From Chromobacterium violaceum ATCC 12472 (lineage in GTDB: Bacteria; Pseudomonadota; Gammaproteobacteria; Burkholderiales; Chromobacteriaceae): a DNA stretch of 24,000 bases. Below the pieces are notes generated by a model, which had not been told where the DNA came from, did not search any database, and saw only the letters and a program-made list of their open reading frames with translations. The stretch is from the NCBI RefSeq assembly GCF_000007705.1, contig NC_005085.1, forward strand, positions 1,349,752-1,373,751, given 5' to 3'. Positions within the stretch are counted from its first letter, which is position 1, and every line of letters begins with the position of its first letter. Of this stretch, positions 17,082-24,000 are shown in pieces. Both the position numbers and the translations under genes were made by a program.

Positions 17082-17384
17082 TCAGTTGTAAACGATGGTG
17101 ACCAGTTGTCCGCTGCTTTGAGTGGCGGCGCCGGTCATGTTGACGGCGGCAATGCTCAGCGATTGGGTATTGTCCATGCCGGAGCAGCTTTGGCCGGACG
17201 CCACTTTGCGCGCGGCCTGGTATTGGCGGGGATTCTGCGCATAGCTCAGCAGGGCGCTGCTGCTCTGGGCGCAGGGCTCCTTGACGATGGAGCCGCTGAA
17301 GCTGACGGTGCCGCCGTTGGAGGCCAGAGCAAAGCCGGATTGCAGAGCGGCCAGCGCTGCCAGAGTCAGAATGGCTTTTTTCAT
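17082..17384 (-). CDS. Small secreted pilin-like protein (100 aa, about 79 aa mature)
   Basis: I prefer ATG at 17384 (GGGAGA RBS; MKKAILTLAALAALQSGFALA signal peptide). The mature N-terminus GGTVSFSGSIVKEPC mirrors the type 1 pilin GGTVHFKGEVVNAAC pattern. There is a second Cys 29 residues later and a C-terminal strand LVTIVYN. It is far shorter than a normal pilin. Confidence 0.75.
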   Translation of the reverse strand: MKKAILTLAALAALQSGFALASNGGTVSFSGSIVKEPCAQSSSALLSYAQNPRQYQAARKVASGQSCSGMDNTQSLSIAAVNMTGAATQSSGQLVTIVYN

Positions 17385-17460
17385 TTGAGTCTCCCTGTTG
17401 GCGACTCCGCTTGGCAGTAGGACTGGGCGGAATCTTAAACAAAGCATTTAAATTGCTTTG

Positions 17461-17489
17461 CTTATATTTAACTTGTTTTGTTAAGACAA
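17461..17489 (-). promoter_or_regulatory. Candidate sigma70 promoter for the mini-pilin gene (TTGTCT-N17-TATAAG on minus strand)
   Basis: Reverse complement of 17484-17489 is TTGTCT and of 17461-17466 is TATAAG, with a 17-nt spacer. It lies in an AT-rich block about 77 nt upstream of the ATG. Confidence 0.3.
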
Positions 17490-17752
17490 GTATAGACAGC
17501 GAGATTGTAAACATCAATACGGTTTTTTATTGAATTATTAGTAATAAAAATTGAAAAATTGAGGCGTGCGCAGCGTCAGCCTGAGCGGATCTGCGTTTGA
17601 GAGAGGCTGCCGGGCGTCGGGCGCGCATCGTCGGGCGGGGATCATTTCAACTTATTGCATTTGGGGAAGATTGCATGCTTTTGTGGCGAAAAGGCCTGGA
17701 GGAGAGGCGTGGTCGGGCGGACCGTTCGCGGGAGGCGCGCGCGGAAGGAATG

Positions 17753-17790
17753 AAAAAGCCCCCGCGGATAACGGGGGCCGCCGCGGGGGC
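17753..17790 (-). terminator. Rho-independent terminator after the MFS transporter gene
   Basis: On the minus strand: gcccccgcgg-(13 nt)-ccgcgggggc followed by ttttt. An alternative inner 7-bp stem gcccccg/cgggggc exists. It begins 6 nt after the stop. Confidence 0.8.
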
Positions 17791-17795
17791 AAGGT

Positions 17796-19400
17796 TCAGT
17801 GGCGATGGATATCGTTGCGGAAGGTTTCCTTCAGGAACAGCAGGCTTACAGCGAGGCTGACGGCGTAGACCACGATCGGGTACCACAGTCCGTACAGTAT
17901 GTCGCCGGTGTACACCACCAGCGAGAAGGCGACGGTGGGCATCAGCCCGCCTATCCAGCCGTTGCCCAGGTGATAGGGCAGCGACATCGAGGTATAGCGG
18001 ATGCGGGTGGGAAACAGTTCCACCATCATCGCGGCCAGCGGTCCGTAAGTGAGCGCGGAGATCACCGACAGCAGCACCAGCACCAGGATCACCATGGCGT
18101 GGTTGATCTTGCCGGGGTCGGCCTTTTCCGGATAGCCGGCGGTTTTCAGCGCGTCTTGCAGCGCTTTCTTGTCGAACCCCTGCTGAACGGTTGCGCCGAT
18201 GTGGACTTCGGTCACGCCGGCCGGCGCGGCCTTTTGCCGGTAGGGCACGCCGTTCTTCGCCAGCAGCGCCTTGGCCTGGTCGCATGGGGTGTTCAGCTTG
18301 GCTTTGCCGATGGGGTCGAACTGGAAATGGCAACTGGCCGGATCCGCGACCACGGTCACCGGAGAGCTGGCCTCGGCGGCGGCGACGTCCGGATTGGCGT
18401 AGTCGGTCAGCCAGCGGAAGGCGGGGAAGGTCAGCGCCAGGCCTAGCGCCAAGCCGGCGATCAGCACCGGTTTGCGGCCGATGCGGTCCGACAGGTGGCC
18501 GAAATACAGGAACAGCGGCGTGGTGAGGATCAGCGACGCGATCAGCATCAGGTTGGCGGTCTGCGGGTCCACCTTCAAGATCTGCGTCAGGAAGAACAGC
18601 GAGTAGAACTGCGCGCAGTAGAAGGTGACGGCCTGGCCGCCATTGAAGCCGAACAGCGAGATCAGCACAATCTTCAGGTTGCGCCAGTTGCCGAAGGCCT
18701 CGCTGATCGGCGCCTTGGAGTGCTTGCCTTCCGCCTTCATCTTCAGGAAGGCCGGAGACTCCTGCATCGACAGCCGGATCCAGGTGGAGATGGCCAGCAG
18801 GAAGATGGACAGTAGGAAGGGCAGCCGCCATCCCCATTCGTTGAACGCCTCGCCGGTCAGCTTGCGGCAGGCCAGGATCACCAGCAGCAGGCCGGCGCCG
18901 GCGGTCACCTGGATCCAGCTGGTGTAGCCGCCGCGCTTGTGATCCGGCGCGTGCTCGGCCACGTAGATGGCCGCGCCGCCGTATTCGCCGCCGATGGCCA
19001 GGCCCTGCAGCATGCGCAGGGATACCAGGATCAGCGGAGCGGCGATGCCCAGCGTCGCGTAGCCCGGCAGCACGCCGACGAGAAAGGTGGACAGGCCCAT
19101 GATGACGATGGTGGCGAGGAAGGTGTACTTGCGGCCCACCATGTCGCCCAGACGGCCGAACACCAGCGCGCCGAACGGCCTCACCACGAAGCCGGCGGCG
19201 AAGGTCATCAGCGCGAAGATGAAGGCGGTGGTCTCGTTGACGCCGGCGAAGAACTGCTTGCCGATGATGGCGGCCAGCGCGCCGTACAGGAAGAAGTCGT
19301 ACCACTCGAATACCGTGCCGAGCGACGAGGCGAGTATCACCTTGCGTTCGGCGCGGCTGATGCCGGCCGACGTCGTCGTCGATGCGATGCTGTTGCTCAT
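17796..19400 (-). CDS. MFS transporter, metabolite:H+ symporter (MHS)-like, with large extra loop
   Basis: The real start is ATG 19400 (AAGGAGA RBS); the 701-aa track ORF extends spuriously upstream. MHS-type motifs FEWYDFFLYG and GRLGDMVGRK. Twelve hydrophobic segments are readable. A hydrophilic segment of about 100 aa lies between hydrophobic segments 9 and 10. Confidence 0.9.
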   Translation of the reverse strand: MSNSIASTTTSAGISRAERKVILASSLGTVFEWYDFFLYGALAAIIGKQFFAGVNETTAFIFALMTFAAGFVVRPFGALVFGRLGDMVGRKYTFLATIVIMGLSTFLVGVLPGYATLGIAAPLILVSLRMLQGLAIGGEYGGAAIYVAEHAPDHKRGGYTSWIQVTAGAGLLLVILACRKLTGEAFNEWGWRLPFLLSIFLLAISTWIRLSMQESPAFLKMKAEGKHSKAPISEAFGNWRNLKIVLISLFGFNGGQAVTFYCAQFYSLFFLTQILKVDPQTANLMLIASLILTTPLFLYFGHLSDRIGRKPVLIAGLALGLALTFPAFRWLTDYANPDVAAAEASSPVTVVADPASCHFQFDPIGKAKLNTPCDQAKALLAKNGVPYRQKAAPAGVTEVHIGATVQQGFDKKALQDALKTAGYPEKADPGKINHAMVILVLVLLSVISALTYGPLAAMMVELFPTRIRYTSMSLPYHLGNGWIGGLMPTVAFSLVVYTGDILYGLWYPIVVYAVSLAVSLLFLKETFRNDIHRH

Positions 19401-21067
19401 GTCCAGGTCTCCTTTTCGGGTGGAGCGGGCGTTCGTATCGGTCCCGCTTGCTTGTTGTCCTGCGCGATCATCTGCGCCGCCTTGGCGGCGATCATCAGCG
19501 TGGGGCTGTTGGTGTTGCCGGAGGTGATGGCGGGCATGATGGACGCGTCGGCCACCCTGAGGCCGGCGACGCCATGCACCCGCAGCCTGTCGTCGACCAC
19601 CGCCAGCGCGTCGCGTCCCATCTTGCAGGTGCCGACTGGGTGGAAGATGGTGGTGCCGATCAGGGCGGCGGCTTCCGCCAGCTCGCTGTCGCTCTGGTAC
19701 TGCAGGCCGGGCCGGTATTCTTCCGGAAGGTAGCGCGAGAGCGCCGGAGACGCGGCGATGCGACGGGTCAGCCGGATGGCCGCCGCTGCGGCGCGCAGGT
19801 CTTCCGGGGCGCTGAGGTAGTTGGGCTGGATAAGCGGCGCGGCGGACGGATCGGCGCCGCCTATCGCCACCTGGCCGCGGCTGGCCGGCCTCAGCTGGCA
19901 TACCGAGGCGGTGAAGGCGGGGAAGGGGTGCAGCGGTTCGCCGAAGCGTTCAAGCGACAGCGGCTGCACGTGGTATTCCAGGTCAGGATGGGCGGCGTCC
20001 GGCCCGCTGCGAGCGAAGACGCCGAGCTGGCTGGGCGCCATAGACAGCGGGCCGCTGCGCTTCCACAGATACTCCCAGGCCATCGCCAGCTTGCCGCTCC
20101 AGCTCGCCGCGCGCCGGTTCAGCGTGGCCGCGCCCTGCACCTTGAATATCATTCTCAGCTGCAGGTGGTCCTGCAGATTGGCGCCCACGCCGGGCAGGAT
20201 GCGCAGCGGTTCGATGCCGTGGCTTGCCAGCAAGGGCGCCGGACCGATGCCGCTGCGCTGCAGCAACAGCGGCGAGCCGATCGCGCCGGCGGCGAGGATG
20301 ATCTCGCCGCGGCAGCGCGCCTGCCGCCGGCGGCCGTGTTGCATAAATGCGATGGCGGCGGCGCGGCCGCGCTCCAGGATCAGCCTGTCGGCTTCCGCGC
20401 CGGTCAGCACCGTCAGGTTGCCGCGACGGCGGACGGGATGCAGGAAGGCGCGGGCGCTGCTCCAGCGCCAGCCGCCCTTTTGATTGACTTCGAAATAGCC
20501 GCAGCCGGCGTTGTCGCCGGTATTGAAGTCCTCCACCGGCGCGATGCCCTGTTCGGCGGCGGCGGCGCGGAAGGCGTCCAGGATTTCCCAAGACAGCCGC
20601 TGCTTCTCCACCCGCCATTCGCCGCCGTGCCCGTGCAGAGGGCGGTCCGCGTCGTAATGGTCTTCCATCGAGACGAAGTGCGGCAGCACGTCGCGCCAGC
20701 CCCAGCCGGCGTTGCCGAGCGCCTCCCAGCCGTCGTAATCGGCCGCCTGGCCGCGCATGTAGATCATGCCGTTGATCGAGGATGAGCCGCCCAGCACCCG
20801 GCCGCGCGGATAGCCGAGCGAGCGGCCGCCCAGCCCATTTTCCGGCGCGGTGCGGTAGCACCAGTCGGTGCGCGGGTTGCCGATGCAGAACAGGTAGCCG
20901 ACCGGGATGTGTATCCACGGGTAGTCGTCCTTGCCGCCGGCTTCCAGCAGCAGCACGCGCTTGTCCGGATCCGCGGACAGGCGGTTGGCCAGCAGGCAGC
21001 CGGCGCTGCCGGCGCCGACGATGATGTAGTCGAATTCTCCGCTGAGCATGGTGCGTGGTCTGCTCAT
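19397..21067 (-). CDS. GMC family FAD-dependent oxidoreductase (choline/alcohol dehydrogenase-like)
   Basis: N-terminal FAD fold FDYIIVGAGSAGCLLANRLS. GMC signatures GRVLGGSSSINGMIYMRG and HPVGTCKMG. The stop overlaps the MFS start (ATGA at 19397-19400). Alternative start at ATG 21049. Confidence 0.93.
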   Translation of the reverse strand: MSRPRTMLSGEFDYIIVGAGSAGCLLANRLSADPDKRVLLLEAGGKDDYPWIHIPVGYLFCIGNPRTDWCYRTAPENGLGGRSLGYPRGRVLGGSSSINGMIYMRGQAADYDGWEALGNAGWGWRDVLPHFVSMEDHYDADRPLHGHGGEWRVEKQRLSWEILDAFRAAAAEQGIAPVEDFNTGDNAGCGYFEVNQKGGWRWSSARAFLHPVRRRGNLTVLTGAEADRLILERGRAAAIAFMQHGRRRQARCRGEIILAAGAIGSPLLLQRSGIGPAPLLASHGIEPLRILPGVGANLQDHLQLRMIFKVQGAATLNRRAASWSGKLAMAWEYLWKRSGPLSMAPSQLGVFARSGPDAAHPDLEYHVQPLSLERFGEPLHPFPAFTASVCQLRPASRGQVAIGGADPSAAPLIQPNYLSAPEDLRAAAAAIRLTRRIAASPALSRYLPEEYRPGLQYQSDSELAEAAALIGTTIFHPVGTCKMGRDALAVVDDRLRVHGVAGLRVADASIMPAITSGNTNSPTLMIAAKAAQMIAQDNKQAGPIRTPAPPEKETWT

Positions 21068-21136
21068 GTCGTTGTCTTAACCGGTATCTAAACCGAAGCG
21101 CGCCCGGCTGGGAATAGCCAGCGGAAAACAACCTAT

Positions 21137-21193
21137 GTTAATTTTTTAACAATGGACGGCAAGTTAACTGCTTTTTTCGTGTGCAAATGCACA
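21137..21193. promoter_or_regulatory. Divergent promoter region with two perfect dyads (candidate LysR operator sites)
   Basis: GTTAA-N4-TTAAC at 21137-21150 and TGTGCA-AA-TGCACA at 21180-21193, plus GTTAAC at 21163-21168. All lie in the 147-nt gap between the GMC gene and the divergent LysR gene. Confidence 0.4.
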
Positions 21194-21214
21194 AGAACTG
21201 TCGCGGAGTAAACC

Positions 21215-22132
21215 ATGTTCGACTGGAACGATGTCCGTTTTTTCCTGGCGCTGCAGCGCAATGGCAAGCTGCTGGGCGCGGCGCGCCAGATGGGCACCAC
21301 CCACGCCACGGTGGCGCGCCACATCGCCGCGCTGGAAAAGGTGCTGGGCCAGCCCTTGTTCGTTCAGCAGGCGGACGGTTACTCCCTCACCGCGGCCGGC
21401 CGCCAGCTGCTGCCGCTGGCCGAATCGCTGGAAAACACCGCCTCGCAGATGCTGGACAGTGGCAGCAAGGGGCATGCCGAGGTTAGCGGCGTGGTGAGGC
21501 TGGGCGCGCCGGAAGGGCTGGGCGCGCTGTTTCTGGCCCGCCACATGCCGGCCTTGATGGCGCGCTATCCGGAACTGGAGATCGACCTGGTGGCGGTGCC
21601 GCGCTTCGTCAGCGTCACCAGCCGCGAGGTGGACATCGCCATCGCGCTGGAGCGGCCGCAAGCCAATATGGTGGTGACGCGCAAGCTGACTGATTACTGT
21701 CTGGGCCTGTACGCGACTCAGGCCTACCTGGCCGCGCATCCGCCGATACGCGAGCGCGAGGATCTGAACGGCCATGCCATCCTCGCCTATGTCGACGACC
21801 TGCTGTTCACCCGCGAACTGATGTACCACCATGGCTTGTGTCGCCACCCCAGCATGCCCTTGCGCAGCACCAGCGTGGTGGCGCAGCGGGAGGCGGCGCT
21901 GGCCGATGGCGGCATCGCAGTGCTGCCTTATTACACGACTTACGATGATCCGCGGCTGACGCAGATCCTGCCGGAGTTGCGCATCATCCGTTCCTACTGG
22001 ATCAGCGCGCGCAGCAATATCCGCCGCACGCTGCGCTACCGCGTGGTGTGGGATTACGTGGTGGAGCTGTGCCAGAACATGCAGTGGCTGTTGTTGCAAG
22101 AAGAGCAAAATCGATCAATCGAAACCGCCTAG
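21215..22132 (+). CDS. LysR family transcriptional regulator
   Basis: N-terminal wHTH WNDVRFFLALQRNGKLLGAARQMGTTHATVARHIAALEKVLGQPLF. About 300 aa. GGAG at 21204-21207. Divergent from the GMC-MFS operon. Confidence 0.93.
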   Translation: MFDWNDVRFFLALQRNGKLLGAARQMGTTHATVARHIAALEKVLGQPLFVQQADGYSLTAAGRQLLPLAESLENTASQMLDSGSKGHAEVSGVVRLGAPEGLGALFLARHMPALMARYPELEIDLVAVPRFVSVTSREVDIAIALERPQANMVVTRKLTDYCLGLYATQAYLAAHPPIREREDLNGHAILAYVDDLLFTRELMYHHGLCRHPSMPLRSTSVVAQREAALADGGIAVLPYYTTYDDPRLTQILPELRIIRSYWISARSNIRRTLRYRVVWDYVVELCQNMQWLLLQEEQNRSIETA

Positions 22133-22141
22133 GCTATCCCC

Positions 22142-22996
22142 ATGAGACACGCATATCGGCAATTCGGCCCCGGCACCTTGTACACGGTCCGCTTGCTGCG
22201 CGCGCTGGACTACCTGTGGCGCCATTTGGACGAGCCGCTGCTGCTGGACCGGCTGGCGGAGGAGGCCTGCTTCTCGCGTTTTCACTTCCATCGGCTGTAC
22301 CGCAACCTGATGGGCGAAACCGTGATGGAGAGCCGGCAGCGGATGCTGCTGCACCGCGCGGCGGGGGAGCTGGGGCGGGCGGACCGACCGCTGGCTTCGG
22401 TGGCTGTCCGAGCCGGCTTCTCCAGCAGCGCCGCCTTCATCCGGGCCTTCGCCGGCCGCTACGGCGAAACGCCGGGCCGCTATCGCCAGCGGCGTCTCAT
22501 GTTTCTCAATCAAAGGGAGAGGACCATGCGTCAGGTAGAGATTGTGGAAAGGGATGCCGTCAAGGTGCTGATGCGCCATCATCGCGGACCGTATATGGAG
22601 ATAGGCAAGGCCTTCGACGCGTTGCGCGCCGTGCAGGGGCCGCAGCAAGGCGTCGGCGCGCCGTCGAGGAGCTTCGGCTTGTACCTGGACGATCAGGCGC
22701 AGACGCCTGCCGCCGATTGCCGGTCCATCGCCTGCGCGACGGTGCCGGCGTTCATGGAGGGCAAGGCGATGGACGGTTTCGAGTGGGGGAGCATCCCGGC
22801 TGGACGCTACGCCGCCGTGCTGCATACTGGGCCTTATTCCGAGCTGGGGGAATGCTGGGACTGGCTTTACCGCCACTGGCTGCCTGCCAGCGGCGAGATG
22901 CCGGGCGACACGCCGTGCGTGGAGGAATATCTGAACGCGCCTTACGATACTCCTCCGGCCGAGCTGAAAACCTTGTTGCTGCTGTCGCTGGCCTGA
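22142..22996 (+). CDS. AraC family transcriptional regulator with GyrI-like effector-binding C-terminal domain
   Basis: AraC HTH pair (LAEEACFSRFHFHRLYRNLMGETV; AVRAGFSSSAAFIRAFAGRYGETPGRYRQ), then a C-terminal domain of about 150 aa ending with the GyrI-like pattern EEYLN. It starts 9 nt after the LysR stop. Confidence 0.88.
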   Translation: MRHAYRQFGPGTLYTVRLLRALDYLWRHLDEPLLLDRLAEEACFSRFHFHRLYRNLMGETVMESRQRMLLHRAAGELGRADRPLASVAVRAGFSSSAAFIRAFAGRYGETPGRYRQRRLMFLNQRERTMRQVEIVERDAVKVLMRHHRGPYMEIGKAFDALRAVQGPQQGVGAPSRSFGLYLDDQAQTPAADCRSIACATVPAFMEGKAMDGFEWGSIPAGRYAAVLHTGPYSELGECWDWLYRHWLPASGEMPGDTPCVEEYLNAPYDTPPAELKTLLLLSLA

Positions 22997-23008
22997 TCGG
23001 CCGGCGCG

Positions 23009-23042
23009 AAAAAAAGCCCGCGTTGCGCAACGCGGGCTTTTT
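23009..23042. terminator. Bidirectional rho-independent terminator between convergent AraC-type gene and guaB
   Basis: aaaaaaa-gcccgcgttgc/gcaacgcgggc-ttttt. The GC-rich stem is fully palindromic, with an A-run and a T-run flanking it. Confidence 0.88.
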
Positions 23043-23062
23043 CGCTTCCAGCGGAAGGCGCC

Positions 23063-24000
<938 letters not shown>

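Noticed and set aside
11461-17472. Direct repeats flanking the fimbrial island (att-like), e.g. ATATTTAA at 11462-11469 and 17464-17471
   Set aside because: The matches are 8 nt or shorter and lie within AT-rich DNA, where such matches are expected by chance. There is no integrase, tRNA or IS end nearby.
17566-17868. 100-aa and 87-aa plus-strand ORFs in the spacer before the MFS gene
   Set aside because: Both are Arg/Gly-rich, read through the MFS terminator into the antisense of the MFS coding region, and lack an RBS. Considered non-coding.
1616-19901. Longer upstream starts given in the ORF track (1616, 3646, 5528, 6100, 6630, 12579, 15940, 17447, 19901)
   Set aside because: The extensions are Arg-rich or low-complexity. 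They overlap upstream genes or a terminator hairpin, or begin at non-ATG codons (e.g. TTG 3646 and TTG 5528). Internal ATGs give canonical N-termini, signal peptides, RBS motifs or ATGA overlaps.

Overview
GC-rich chromosomal segment. The gene content and protein sequences look betaproteobacterial, possibly Chromobacterium/Neisseriales-like; that placement is inference from recognised protein families, not a search. All calls rest on the ORF track, motifs I recognise, start-codon and RBS context, and hairpins read by eye.

Gene order:
- Plus strand: pirin, isochorismatase-family hydrolase, large YtcJ-type amidohydrolase, glyA, nrdR, two tandem GNAT acetyltransferases, ribD, an uncharacterised protein, M32 carboxypeptidase.
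- Minus strand: an alpha/beta hydrolase.
- About 730 nt of AT-rich non-coding DNA.
- Plus strand: a four-gene chaperone-usher fimbrial operon (major pilin, chaperone, usher, two-domain adhesin).
- Minus strand: a convergent 100-aa pilin-like mini-protein with its own AT-rich promoter region.
- Minus strand: a GMC oxidoreductase and MFS transporter operon. Plus strand, divergent from it: a LysR regulator followed by an AraC/GyrI-like regulator.
- Minus strand: the 3' part of guaB, running off the window.

Most of the window is ordinary core metabolism. I see no CRISPR, tRNA, rRNA, IS element, integrase or recognisable defence system, and no convincing novel multi-gene system.

Items most worth a second look:
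1. The orphan mini-pilin beside the fimbrial operon.
2. The paralogous GNAT pair wedged, with ATGA overlaps, between nrdR and ribD.
3. The long structured AT-rich fimbrial leader.
4. An MFS transporter with a roughly 100-aa predicted periplasmic insertion, coupled to a GMC oxidoreductase.
5. A Cys/His-rich C-terminal tail on the amidohydrolase.

Many very long ORFs in the track, antisense to or out of frame with the real genes, are GC-content shadows and are rejected.
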